A stretch of 64,000 nt of DNA from Trueperaceae bacterium (GCA_965215565.1 CBDCDZ010000004.1:3744001-3808000), one strand, 5' to 3'. Counted from the stretch's first letter, positions 19,954 to 29,618 are shown. The notes: a model not told the origin generated them from the sequence alone. Program-made: numbers and translations.

Positions 19954-20262
19954 ATGTCAGCCCAAGACAGACTTACCCCGGCGCAGCAGAAAGCACTTAG
20001 AGAGTTCTGCGAAACGCACGGTGTGAAGCGGCTCGCCTTCTTCGGCTCTGTCATCACAGACCAGTTTCACGCCGAGAGCGACGTTGATGTGCTGCTCGAG
20101 TTTCGCCCTGGCTGCGTGCCCGGCTTCGCGTTCTTTGGTTTACAGGACGAACTGGAAACTATCTTAGGACGAAATGTGGACGTGACCACACCGGGCGGCT
20201 TGCATCCATTGATTCAAGAAGAGGTTATGCAAGGCGCTCAAACGTACTATGAATATTCCTGA
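19954..20262 (+). CDS. MNT minimal nucleotidyltransferase antitoxin (MntA-like)
   Basis: FGS-x10-DVD motif, GRNVDV. Confidence 0.9.
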   Translation: MSAQDRLTPAQQKALREFCETHGVKRLAFFGSVITDQFHAESDVDVLLEFRPGCVPGFAFFGLQDELETILGRNVDVTTPGGLHPLIQEEVMQGAQTYYEYS

Positions 20263-20584
20263 AAGGGACGTTCTCTATTTGAATGACATGCTGAGCTACG
20301 CGCGTGAGGCGGTTAGCTTTACGACTGAGACGACGCTCGAAGCGCTAAGAAAGGATATGAAGACGAGGTTGGCGCTCGAGCGTGCTGTAGAAATTGTAGG
20401 AGAGGCGGCTAAAAGCGTCTCCGCAGAGACGAAAGGAACCCTGCCTCAAATACCCTGGCGAGATATGGCGCGAACTCGTGACTTCTTCGCCCACCAATAT
20501 TTCAAAATTGACGTAGAGATTTTGTGGCGTATTGCGAGGGAGAATCTACCGGAGCTTATTAGCGCTTTAGAAGAGGTCGTTTAA
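20249..20584 (+). CDS. HEPN/DUF86 ribonuclease toxin (HepT-like)
   Basis: EIVGEAAK, IPW, R-x4-H-x-Y (RDFFAHQY); overlaps MNT. Confidence 0.9.
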   Translation: MNIPERDVLYLNDMLSYAREAVSFTTETTLEALRKDMKTRLALERAVEIVGEAAKSVSAETKGTLPQIPWRDMARTRDFFAHQYFKIDVEILWRIARENLPELISALEEVV

Positions 20585-20648
20585 GCCTCGAGCTGCTTCC
20601 TAAAGAAGCTGGAAAGATTCTCGAAACAATCTAACAAATAACCACGCT

Positions 20649-22007
20649 TTAAAACCCCAAATACGGCGCGGGGTCGTACCACACCGCGCCTTCCCCTTGG
20701 GGCGTCCCCATGCGAAACTGCAAGGTGTCGGGCGGCGTCAGCGTGCCCCCGCCTAAGTAGCCGATAATCTGCCCCTGCTCGACTTGATCGCCTATGGCGA
20801 TGTTGTCAGGAAATTGCAGATTGGAGTAGGCGGTGATGAGTTCGGGACCGTTCAGGATAGCGACTAAGTAGCCGCTGTTCGCGGAGATACGCCGCACGCG
20901 CCAGACGGTGCCCCCTTTAACGGCGCGAACGGCTGTACCAGGCTGCTCGGCTTTCAAAAGAATCTGACTCGCGCCGCCCTCGCTGAAACCGCTCACGAGA
21001 CCGGGGTTGGCAAAGGGCAGCGTGAACTCGCTGTTACCGAGGTCCGTGGGCGTCTCCAACGTGCGAATCTGGTCTTCTAAGTCTTCCGCCTCCTGGCTAA
21101 ATTGTTGCCACTCGCGCACCGCTTCTTCGGCGGCTTGGCGCTGCTGCGCCTCGGCGTCCCTATTGATTTGGCGCTCACGCGCCGCGGCTTCGCGTTCCCT
21201 AGCGGCTGCCTCACGCCGACGCGCGAGTTCGGCGGCGCGTCGCAGTCTGGCGAGTTCTTCTTGCAAGGCGGCTTCGGCGTTGAGCAGGGTCTGTTCGATG
21301 TCGGCTTGCTCATTCAACAGGGTCTGCTGCTGCGCGAGTTGTCCCTGGCGCGTCTCCTCGAGCTGTGCAATAACACCTGCCAACGCCTCTCGCGTTCCTT
21401 GCAGCGCAGTTTGATTCTCAGCAAGTTGCGCCTCTCGCGCGTTCAGTTCTTCGATCTGCGTACTCAGCGTGAGTTGCGCGTCTTGCAGTTCGGCAACCGT
21501 GCGGTTCATCTCTTGAATGAGCAAGACATCTTGCTCGGTCAGTCTCGAGAGGTAGAAGCTCTTCACGCGCAGGTCGAAGATGGATTCGGACTCCGCCAAG
21601 AGGCGGGCGTAGCGTCCGCCGCGCTCTTTATGCAGGTTGACGAGCAGCGCTTGCAGGCGGGTCTCGAGCGTCGTCAAGCGTTCTTGTAAACCGCGGATGC
21701 GTTCCCTCGTCGCCTCTAAGTCCTGATTGAGCGCTGTGACGCGCTCCGTAAGCTCGGCGCGTTGCTCCTGCAACGCGCCTATTTCTGCGTTCAAGCGGTC
21801 ACGCTCAGCGAGTTGCGCGTCCAACTCTGCGCTCGTCTCCTGCAGCGCGGCGTCGATTTCCGCTTGCGCGGCTCTGCGTTCCTCCAAGAGCTGTTCGTAA
21901 CTTTGAATGTCCTGCTCGAGCTGGCGAGTCTCACTATTTTGCGGCTGCGATTCTTGCGCGTGTGCGAAACTAAAAGCAAGAACGATAAGAATCCAGGCGT
22001 ACCTCAT
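20649..22007 (-). CDS. envC: EnvC-like murein hydrolase activator (coiled coil plus degenerate M23 domain)
   Basis: signal peptide MRYAWILIVLAFSFAHA, long coiled coil, TAYSNL / GDQVEQGQIIG; downstream of ftsX; alternative start 22214. Confidence 0.8.
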   Translation of the reverse strand: MRYAWILIVLAFSFAHAQESQPQNSETRQLEQDIQSYEQLLEERRAAQAEIDAALQETSAELDAQLAERDRLNAEIGALQEQRAELTERVTALNQDLEATRERIRGLQERLTTLETRLQALLVNLHKERGGRYARLLAESESIFDLRVKSFYLSRLTEQDVLLIQEMNRTVAELQDAQLTLSTQIEELNAREAQLAENQTALQGTREALAGVIAQLEETRQGQLAQQQTLLNEQADIEQTLLNAEAALQEELARLRRAAELARRREAAAREREAAARERQINRDAEAQQRQAAEEAVREWQQFSQEAEDLEDQIRTLETPTDLGNSEFTLPFANPGLVSGFSEGGASQILLKAEQPGTAVRAVKGGTVWRVRRISANSGYLVAILNGPELITAYSNLQFPDNIAIGDQVEQGQIIGYLGGGTLTPPDTLQFRMGTPQGEGAVWYDPAPYLGF

Positions 22008-22210
22008 ACGGATTCCGCTTAATTCACTATCACCGAGAAAGTCGTTCGGTGATAGTCCATACGCTCCATCCGTATTTTTGTTCCTACTCGCAGGAGAGTC
22101 TTCAACAGGGCGTATCATGCCGTTATCGACACGCTGGCTCCATGACCAGATGCTACCTGCTGTTGAAGACTCTTTCACTCGGATTGATAAAAAATCAATC
22201 GGAATTTGTA
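22007..22210. mobile_element. 204-bp MITE-like element with imperfect TIRs and TCA duplication
   Basis: TACGGATTCCGCTTAATT / AATCAATCGGAATTTGTA ends; TCA at 22004..22006 and 22211..22213. Confidence 0.8.
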
Positions 22211-23071
22211 TCATACGTCCTCCTGTAAGTATTGCGAGACCGAAATAGCGCTGCCTGCGAGTCCGACGAGCAGCGACAGCGCGGCGAGGAGCACGGCGAC
22301 TTGTAAGAGGACTAAGGGGTCACGCTCGAGGGGGAAGAGGGGCAGATTCTCCGTCAAGAGGTCTGTCACGAAGCGGTAGCCCGGCAGCACCAGCGCGAGG
22401 GTGATGAGGGCGCTGATGAGCCCGAGCAAAAACCCTTCGATGAGGAAGGGCGCGCGGATAAAGCCGCGCGTCGCGCCGACCAAGCGCATCACCTCGATTT
22501 CGTCTTTGCGGGCGGTAATCGCGGCGCGAATCGAGTTGACGATGGCGAACAGCGCAGCGGAGAGCAGCACGACGATGAGAATCGAGCCCACCACGCGAAA
22601 GGCGTCGTTAATGGCTAAAAAGGTCTCGACTTCGTCGCTGATGGCGTCCACCTCGGCGACGCCCGGCAAAGCGCGTAGCCGCTCGGCGACGCCTTCGGTC
22701 TGCGTCGGGTCGAAGAGGCGCATCCGCAGCGTGAAAGGCAAGGGGTTTGCCACCGCGCCGCTCGCCTGGGCGATGTAGGGGCGCTCGCTCTCGAGCGACG
22801 CTAACGCCTCCTCCGGCGAGATGAGGTCCACATCCGCCACCTCTTGCCACACGCGCACCTCTTCCACCACGGCGGGTGGGTTGGCTCCCTCTTCCAGATA
22901 GGCGGCGAGTTCCAAGTCGCTCTGCAACTCCTGCAAGGTCAGGTTGAGGTTCAGGCTCAAGAGGCTAAAGCCCGCCAAAATCGTCAAGGAGAGCGTCATC
23001 GTCGTCAGCGTCGAGACGCTGGCAATCCAGTTGTTGCGCAGGGCGCGCAGGGCTTGTCGAAAGGCGTACAT
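22211..23071 (-). CDS. ftsX: cell division permease-like protein FtsX
   Basis: 4-TM layout, IVNSIRAAITARKDEIEVMRLVGATRGFIRAPFLIEG; alternative start 23116. Confidence 0.93.
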   Translation of the reverse strand: MYAFRQALRALRNNWIASVSTLTTMTLSLTILAGFSLLSLNLNLTLQELQSDLELAAYLEEGANPPAVVEEVRVWQEVADVDLISPEEALASLESERPYIAQASGAVANPLPFTLRMRLFDPTQTEGVAERLRALPGVAEVDAISDEVETFLAINDAFRVVGSILIVVLLSAALFAIVNSIRAAITARKDEIEVMRLVGATRGFIRAPFLIEGFLLGLISALITLALVLPGYRFVTDLLTENLPLFPLERDPLVLLQVAVLLAALSLLVGLAGSAISVSQYLQEDV

Positions 23072-23381
23072 AATTAGCGCCGTCCCCAGGCGCAGCACTG
23101 TGGGGAGAGGGCCCATGTTCTAAACTTTATCTGTCGTTTCTGCTTCACTGAAACGAGTGTATCAAATCGACGAGATGAATTCGCTGAGCTGGCGAAACGT
23201 TCTCCTTAACTGTTGAGTTGGGGACGTGCCTGCTAGGGACTCTATAGCGGTGAGCATAGACCGGTTGAGCATACGAGTAAGTTTAAGTGCAAGGAGCGGA
23301 TAGCCTCTTCTCAACCTCTTGTCTGAGCTGTAAGTCAGGAGGCGAAAAGGATGAATATAACGGTGTTAGGCTACCCTCTAT

Positions 23382-23513
23382 TAGCAGCTCTAAGACATAC
23401 CGAGGCGAAGTGTAGCAGGTATCATCATCGAATGTGTGTGCTGCGCGATGTTCTCAAAAGTGTTAGTGTTGCTTCGCATAACTTCGTTCACTCTGACCAG
23501 ATAATACCTGCTG
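23382..23513. repeat. family B intergenic repeat
   Basis: TAGCAGCTC...AGCAGGTATCATC...CTGACCAGATAATACCTGCT. Confidence 0.75.
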
Positions 23514-23514
23514 T

Positions 23515-24420
23515 ATGAACCTCAAAGTGACCCTCTTCTTACTTCTTCTCGCGGTCTTTTGGGGCTCGGCGTTTCCGCTTATCAAGATAGGGCTCGAGGA
23601 CTTCTCCCCAGGTCACTTGACGCTGATACGCTTCATCGTCGCGTCAGCGTGCTTCATGCCGTACCTCTACTTGACGAACAGCACCCTCTTTCCCAAACTG
23701 CGCGATATTCCCTACTTCTTCTTACTCGGGCTTTTGGGCATCACGATTTATCACACCGCGCTCAACTTCGGCGAGCTTTACGTGACGGCGGGGGCGGCGA
23801 GCCTGATTATCGCGACAGCTCCGGCGATCAGCGCGGTTCTGGCGTACTTCATGCTCTCAGACCGCTTGCCGCTCCTGGGCTGGGTAGGCACGCTCATCTC
23901 ATTTTTCGGCGTGCTCCTCATTGTCATGGGCGAGGACGAGGGGTTGAGCTTCAATCCTTACGCGCTGCTGATTCTGCTCTCCGCTATCGTGACGGCGTTT
24001 TTCGTCGTCTTGCAAAAGCCGATGCTAGGGCGCTACAAGTCTGCCGAGGTCTCCGCGTTCGCAACTTGGGCGGGGACGGTGCCGCTCTTCGTCTTCGCGC
24101 CTGGGTTTGTAGGCGAGGTCAGCGCGGCGAGCACCGCGCCGCTCTTAGCGGCTATCTACATCGGCGTCTTTCCCGCCGCTATCTCTTACGCAATTTTTTC
24201 CTACGCGCTCTCCAAAGCGCCCGTTACGGTGGTGACGGCGTTTCTCTATACTGTGCCCGTTTTCAGCATCTTCTTCTCCTGGCTGCTTATTGGCGAAGTC
24301 CCGACCTATCTCACACTCGTCGGGGGCGTCGTGGCAATTTTGGGCATCGTGCTGGTGAACTGGGCGAAGCGGCGGGTACGTGTAAGGGCGCGTAAGGCTT
24401 CGCCGTCGGTTGCGAGGTGA
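23515..24420 (+). CDS. DMT/EamA family transporter
   Basis: 10 TM helices, FWGSAFPLIKIGL, duplicated EamA halves. Confidence 0.92.
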   Translation: MNLKVTLFLLLLAVFWGSAFPLIKIGLEDFSPGHLTLIRFIVASACFMPYLYLTNSTLFPKLRDIPYFFLLGLLGITIYHTALNFGELYVTAGAASLIIATAPAISAVLAYFMLSDRLPLLGWVGTLISFFGVLLIVMGEDEGLSFNPYALLILLSAIVTAFFVVLQKPMLGRYKSAEVSAFATWAGTVPLFVFAPGFVGEVSAASTAPLLAAIYIGVFPAAISYAIFSYALSKAPVTVVTAFLYTVPVFSIFFSWLLIGEVPTYLTLVGGVVAILGIVLVNWAKRRVRVRARKASPSVAR

Positions 24421-24437
24421 TGGAGTACTTGCGTTCG

Positions 24438-24617
24438 TAGCAATGAGTTGAAAGCACAGGTCAGAGCGAAGCTCAAGCAGGTTAGAGCAAAGCTCAGTAG
24501 GTTCTTACAGGTGAGCACAAAGTGCAACGGCTTTCAGCCTTAGCCTGTGCACTATGTGCTTCACCTAATGAGCAATGAGTGAAAACCTTTAGACTCATTG
24601 CTTGGTACTCATTGCTA
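24438..24617. repeat. family C intergenic repeat (TAGCAATGAGT TIR)
   Basis: ends TAGCAATGAGT / ACTCATTGCTA; 48-bp core 24569..24616 differs at one base from 28045..28092. Confidence 0.85.
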
Positions 24618-24633
24618 AGATTTGTACTCGTTG

Positions 24634-25326
24634 TTAAAACAGCGAATATGCCACCGGGCGCGGCGTCCACAGGGGCTCAGCGTACTTCACCCCGATGAAG
24701 GTGCCCCAGTACGCCGCTCGTCCGCGCCTGCGCATGTACACGTCCGGCGTGACTGTCTCCGAGGCGGCTTCGCCCGTGAATTGGCTTCCGTAGCAACGCA
24801 CCGCCTCTTCCCAGGTGTCTATATAGTCGCTCGTATCCACCACGAGCGTCGCCTCGAAGGGACCGTTGCCCATGTAGAAAAAGAGGTTTTTGGGCTTGTA
24901 AGGCTCGCCGGAAAGAGGGCTGTTTTTGAGACCCGCTAAGTGAACGGCGGCGGGGACGATGTGCGCCGCCGCGACGTGGTCGGGGTGGCGGTCGTTGGCG
25001 TGTGGGGCGATGACGACGTTCGGGCGCAGTTCGCGCAGGACGCGCCCGAGCTGCAAGCGGCGGTCTTCGCTGTCCATGATGCGCGAGTCAGGCCAGCCTA
25101 AGTTTTGACGCACGTCTAAGTTGAGGACCTTTGACGCCGCCTCGACCTCTTCGGCGCGAATCTCCGGCGTGCCTTTGGTGGCGGCTTCACCCCTCGTCAA
25201 ATCGACGATGCCCGTGCTGCGCCCTTCGGCTTTAGCGCGCGCTAAGCTGCCGCCCACACCGAGTTCGGCGTCGTCGGGGTGAGGGCTCACGACCAAGAGG
25301 TCGAGCCCGGAGGCTCGGCTAGGCAC
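24634..25326 (-). CDS. bshB1: bacillithiol biosynthesis deacetylase (PIG-L family)
   Basis: PHPDDAELG, DLTRGE, DRHPDH, CYGSQF, GVKYAE; GTG overlapping plsY stop. Confidence 0.88.
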   Translation of the reverse strand: MPSRASGLDLLVVSPHPDDAELGVGGSLARAKAEGRSTGIVDLTRGEAATKGTPEIRAEEVEAASKVLNLDVRQNLGWPDSRIMDSEDRRLQLGRVLRELRPNVVIAPHANDRHPDHVAAAHIVPAAVHLAGLKNSPLSGEPYKPKNLFFYMGNGPFEATLVVDTSDYIDTWEEAVRCYGSQFTGEAASETVTPDVYMRRRGRAAYWGTFIGVKYAEPLWTPRPVAYSLF

Positions 25327-25957
25327 GGCTCGAGGACTTCTCTGCGTTCTTCGTCGCTGTTTTCTCACCGATGCGCCGCTCGTTGCCGTTCGCCAAACGG
25401 ATGATGTTCTCCTTGTGCCGAATCACCGCGAGGGCGGCGAGCGAGGCGAGCAAACAGAGCTGCGGCAGCGTGAACGTCGGCGTCATCACTAAGAAGAGGG
25501 GCGCGGCGACGAGACCCACCACCGAGCCAAGCGAGACGTAACGCCCGATGACCATCGTAAAGAGCCCGACTGCGGCGGCTGCGAGCGCGGCGGCGGGCGC
25601 AATCGCGATGCCGACGCCCAAGCTCGTGGCGATGCCTTTGCCGCCTCTCAGACCCAAGAAGACGTTGAAGTTATTTCCCAAAACCGCCGCGAGCCCCGCT
25701 AAAACGAGCCCCCATTCGCTCAAGCTGAAGAGGTTGGCGATCAAGACCGCGAGCATCCCTTTTAAGGGGTCCGCAACGAGGACGATGAGCGCCGGAACCG
25801 TGCCCACCGCGCGCAATACGTTCGTCGCGCCGATGTTGCCCGAGCCCGTCTTTTGAATGTCGACGCCGTGAGCGCGCGCCACCCAGTAGCCTGTCGGGAA
25901 GCTGCCGATGAGGTAGCCCACCACCAAACAGAGAGCAAAACTTAATGCGTCAATCAC
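25319..25957 (-). CDS. plsY: glycerol-3-phosphate acyltransferase
   Basis: GSGNIGATNVLR, GGKGIATSLG, YVSLGS, RHKENIIRL. Confidence 0.95.
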   Translation of the reverse strand: MIDALSFALCLVVGYLIGSFPTGYWVARAHGVDIQKTGSGNIGATNVLRAVGTVPALIVLVADPLKGMLAVLIANLFSLSEWGLVLAGLAAVLGNNFNVFLGLRGGKGIATSLGVGIAIAPAAALAAAAVGLFTMVIGRYVSLGSVVGLVAAPLFLVMTPTFTLPQLCLLASLAALAVIRHKENIIRLANGNERRIGEKTATKNAEKSSSRA

Positions 25958-26222
25958 CAGGACCTCCTCTTGAGCTTAACGTATCCTTTATGGTGCACCG
26001 CTACCACCCCCAACACTATGTACCGACATGCTCTACTCGTCAACGCAACCTCAAAGCTCAATTATACGCACTGCGAAGTTCATCAGCCTATCACGTTGGG
26101 ACGATGCACGTTGGAATACTTCCGCAGCCTATACACAAGTTTCGCTAAACCGTTTTCTCACGACGGGTCTGGACGAGTGCGGAAGTGAGGTGGCATCATG
26201 GAATCACGCCCTAAGCTACCTT

Positions 26223-26333
26223 CAGCAGTTCCACGACACATTGAGAAAGTTGAGCGCAGGTATCATCCCTTAAAGTGCGTGCTAAACATCGTTTTATAAA
26301 GTGAGTGTGTTTCTGACCAGATGATACCTGCTA
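26223..26333. repeat. family B intergenic repeat
   Basis: AGCAGTTCCACG...GCAGGTATCATC...CTGACCAGATGATACCTGCTA; reverse complement aligns with 51030..51142. Confidence 0.8.
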
Positions 26334-26405
26334 CTTGTAGCGCTTCTAAAACCTGTGTAAAACTAGGCGTCACCTCTTATCCGCTCGACAAGGTAGGCTA
26401 AACCC

Positions 26406-27959
26406 ATGAGTCAAGCTGCCCTCTTCTTGGTGGTGCTGAGCATCACCGGCATTTACAGCGTCCGCTGGACGATGCGCTTAGCGCCCCTTATGAGCGAACT
26501 GCCGCTCAAAACGGTCCTCGCCACCGCCCTCTGCGCGCTCGCCGCCGCGCTGTCGTTCACGACGAACGTCGCTTCGGTACTTATCGTCAGTGCGCTCATC
26601 ATAGGACCGCTCTTTATCCTAGCGCCTCTGCTGCTCACGAGTTTGGCAAGGGGGAGGCTCTACAACGCAGCCAAATCTATAACAAATCTGCTCTATTGGA
26701 CAGACGAAGGACGTATGGGCGTGCGGCGCTTGCTCGCGCAGGTCGCGTTGCAGCAAGCAGACGCGGACGCGGCGCTGGAGCTTCTACCGGAAAAAGGCGC
26801 GGACCTCTTGCGAATTCAAGCTTACGCGCTCGCTGAAAGGTGGCTCGAGCTTTTAGAGCTAGACGTGCCCGAGCGGGGCGACAACGCGGCGCTTGCGCGC
26901 GCAGGGAGAGCGCAAGCCTACTTAGCTCAGGAGCAGCGTAACGCCGCCGAAGCGGAGCTCACGAGGATGCGCCAAACCTGGGAGGACGAGGGGCAGGGTC
27001 CTATCGGCTACCGCAGCGTCAAGTTGACCCAGGCGCGGCTTCACGCCTATGACGGCAACCTGGAGGCGGCGCGGCGCGAACTGCAAGACCCGCTGCCGGG
27101 CGTGCCGCCCTACCGCATTTTAGACATCCTCGCGGACGCCGCCGAGAGAGGTCATAACGTGGACGCGGCGGTGCGCCTCTACGCGCAAGCCTACACGTAC
27201 GCGCCGCCGAGCCAGCGGGAGAGGTTCGAGCGGAAGCTCGAGCTGTACGGTCAGAGCGTCCCCGACGTGCCGAGCCCCACCTCTCGCCTGAGCGTCGCCA
27301 CCCTCTCACTCGCCGCTGCCATCATCGCGGCTTATATCGTGCAGGTTTGGATAGACCGCACCTACGGCGCGAACGCAGGGAGCCTCGTCGCAGGGTTTAT
27401 CCTCAACCAGCCGGGCATCCCCGAAAGTAACGCGCTATGGCGCTACCTCTCCTATGCGTTTGTCCACGGCGGTATCGTCCACATCGGTCTCAACACCTGG
27501 GTGCTCTACGACATCGGGCGGCTCTACGAGACGCGGCGGCACTGGGGAAGCTTACTCGCCGCCTTCGTTTTCGGCACGGTTATGGGTGCGTACCTCTCCG
27601 TCGTCGCAGAGGGGAGTGGGCCGCTCACGCTCGTCGGCGCGTCAGGCGGCGTGCTCGGCGTCGCGGGCGCACTCCTCGCGGACGTGTGGCGCAGCACCAG
27701 CCCTCAAGACAAGCTCCTTACCCGCTCGCTGTTGCAGTGGGTCGTCCTTATCGTCGTCTTTTCGCTCGCCATTCCCGGCGTGTCGCTGTGGGGGCATATC
27801 GGCGGGCTCGTGGGCGGGGCGCTCTGGGGCTTTATGCGTCAGGGTTCGCCCAAGACGAGGCAGTTCGATATCATCGCGGGCGGCGTGAGCGTCGGGCTCA
27901 TGATCTACGCGGTGACGGAGGCGGGGCTGTGGTTGGTGCGCTACGGACCGCAATTGTAA
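26406..27959 (+). CDS. rhomboid intramembrane serine protease with N-terminal TM and TPR-like region
   Basis: WRYLSYAFVHGGIVHIGLN, GASGG, GHIGGLVGG. Confidence 0.92.
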   Translation: MSQAALFLVVLSITGIYSVRWTMRLAPLMSELPLKTVLATALCALAAALSFTTNVASVLIVSALIIGPLFILAPLLLTSLARGRLYNAAKSITNLLYWTDEGRMGVRRLLAQVALQQADADAALELLPEKGADLLRIQAYALAERWLELLELDVPERGDNAALARAGRAQAYLAQEQRNAAEAELTRMRQTWEDEGQGPIGYRSVKLTQARLHAYDGNLEAARRELQDPLPGVPPYRILDILADAAERGHNVDAAVRLYAQAYTYAPPSQRERFERKLELYGQSVPDVPSPTSRLSVATLSLAAAIIAAYIVQVWIDRTYGANAGSLVAGFILNQPGIPESNALWRYLSYAFVHGGIVHIGLNTWVLYDIGRLYETRRHWGSLLAAFVFGTVMGAYLSVVAEGSGPLTLVGASGGVLGVAGALLADVWRSTSPQDKLLTRSLLQWVVLIVVFSLAIPGVSLWGHIGGLVGGALWGFMRQGSPKTRQFDIIAGGVSVGLMIYAVTEAGLWLVRYGPQL

Positions 27960-28092
27960 GCAATGAGTTAAAAGCAATCCAGTCGAGCTGGTTATGTAAT
28001 CTTGCGAAGCAAACGATTACGAAGTTTTCGCGGAGGCGAAACGGTGAGCAATGAGTGAAAACCTTTAGACTCATTGCTCGGTACTCATTGCT
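27959..28092. repeat. family C intergenic repeat
   Basis: AGCAATGAGTTAAAAGCA...TGAGCAATGAGTGAAAACCTTTAGACTCATTGCTCGGTACTCATTGCT. Confidence 0.85.
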
Positions 28093-28096
28093 GCTT

Positions 28097-29359
28097 CTAT
28101 CTCCTCATTACCTGCTTTTCCGCCCGCTTCCAATACGAGCTGAACGAACGTAAGGACGCTTCGACTCGAGCAAATGGTTCATCCTCCAAGGCAGATACAG
28201 GTAGGTCAGCGTTGAGCTTTTCGAACATTCGCCACGTACCCGGATGCCACGAGCCGGGCGCGGCGAGGCTTTCGCACCCTCTCTCTCGGGCGTACTCTCG
28301 CACCTCTTGAGCGCTCCCAAACATAAGCTCGGCCTCTCGCCCCTCGCCTCGCAACCTCTTCACAAGGTCCGCCGCCAAGCTCACCGCGAAGTGGAGCCGC
28401 ATGAAACTCGGCTGCTCGCGCTTGAACCGCTCGGCGTCCAGATAGACCAGAACGGGCGCGTCCACAACTTCTAAAACCCTCGCCCCAGCCGACAACCGCT
28501 CCGCGTGGAGGAGCACGAGTGGTCTCTCGCCCGCAGGTCTGAGCAGGTCGGGGTGAGGGACGCTCATAACAGTTTGCGGCTGCTCTTTCGGGCGCTTCTC
28601 AAAACCGCCTTTGCCGTAGCCGCTGAAAAACCGCTCGTCCAGCGCCTCATATGAGTCGTTAAAAGGCGCGTCCTCGCACGGCTCATGACCGTTTTGACGC
28701 ATATTTTCGCCGTTGAAATAGTAGGGTTTGCTAGAAAAGGTGGACGCTACCCACTGCCACGAGAGCGCGTTCGGTCCCGGCTCGCCGTCTACGAGGTAGC
28801 GGTAGAAGAGCCTTTCGCCGTGCCACCAATGGGCGTTCGCAAAGTGCGTGACATAAGCGGCGAACCACAAGCGCTGGTGGTTGTGCAGATAGCCCGTGTC
28901 TTTTAGCTCGTGGACGATGCGGTCGATGCACGAGAGCCCCGTTTCACCTCTTTCGATATCAGCGGGTAACTCGTCGCGTTTTTGCGTGGGATATTTGTAG
29001 GGCTCGAGCGACTCATACACCCTATCCCCCAGCGCCAAGAACCCCTCCCGAAAATACGCCTTCCAACCGAGTTCCGAGACAAACTTTTGATAGTCCTTAC
29101 CCTGCGAACGTCCCTTCGCGTGACGCTGCACCTCAGCCAGCGTGAAAACGCCCCAGGTGATATAGGGGTTTAAGCGGCTGACGTTGCCGTCAATGCTGTT
29201 GCGCGTTCGGTTGTAGCCTTTCGGATTAAAGCTATTTAACTGCTCTTTTGCGGCGGCCAAGGTTGGGGTGAAGAGGCTCGAGGTATGAACGTCACCGCTG
29301 TAGAAATCTCGGAGCGTTTCAGCGAGCTTATTTTGCGTTTCATCAACATTCAAAATCAT
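28097..29359 (-). CDS. photolyase-like FAD-binding protein with inverted domain order (NewPHL-like)
   Basis: VSRLNPYITWG, TGYLHNHQRLWFAAY, LVDGEPGPNALSWQWVAS in the N-terminal half; antenna-like segment C-terminal. Confidence 0.88.
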   Translation of the reverse strand: MILNVDETQNKLAETLRDFYSGDVHTSSLFTPTLAAAKEQLNSFNPKGYNRTRNSIDGNVSRLNPYITWGVFTLAEVQRHAKGRSQGKDYQKFVSELGWKAYFREGFLALGDRVYESLEPYKYPTQKRDELPADIERGETGLSCIDRIVHELKDTGYLHNHQRLWFAAYVTHFANAHWWHGERLFYRYLVDGEPGPNALSWQWVASTFSSKPYYFNGENMRQNGHEPCEDAPFNDSYEALDERFFSGYGKGGFEKRPKEQPQTVMSVPHPDLLRPAGERPLVLLHAERLSAGARVLEVVDAPVLVYLDAERFKREQPSFMRLHFAVSLAADLVKRLRGEGREAELMFGSAQEVREYARERGCESLAAPGSWHPGTWRMFEKLNADLPVSALEDEPFARVEASLRSFSSYWKRAEKQVMRR

Positions 29360-29470
29360 GAGGTAACGTACCAGTACAAAAATATAGCGACAGCAAGAAG
29401 AGGTGCAATAACGTGAATATTGCAATTAACATAAGTACTGATTGGAATAGCGCAAGTCTCAGCCGCAGGC

Positions 29471-29618
29471 TAGCGGGATTTCATTCTCAAATGTGCGTGC
29501 TGCTTACGCAGTTTTCGAAAAGCGAATTACGTAGTTTGCCGTTAGGCAACGGTGTTCTACATCGTGAGAGCGTTGCTCCGCAAAACTTACGTACACTCAA
29601 ACCAAATGATACTTGCTA
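29471..29618. repeat. family B intergenic repeat (long variant)
   Basis: TAGCGGGATTTCATTCTCAAATGTGCGTGCT...GAGAGCGTT...ACCAAATGATACTTGCTA. Confidence 0.65.

Noticed and set aside
24438..24617. CRISPR array
   Set aside because: Repeats are inverted/nested, not regularly spaced direct repeats; no cas genes in the window.
25958..26222. Small ORFs or an ncRNA between plsY and the rhomboid gene
   Set aside because: No RBS, motif or recognisable RNA structure that I can support.
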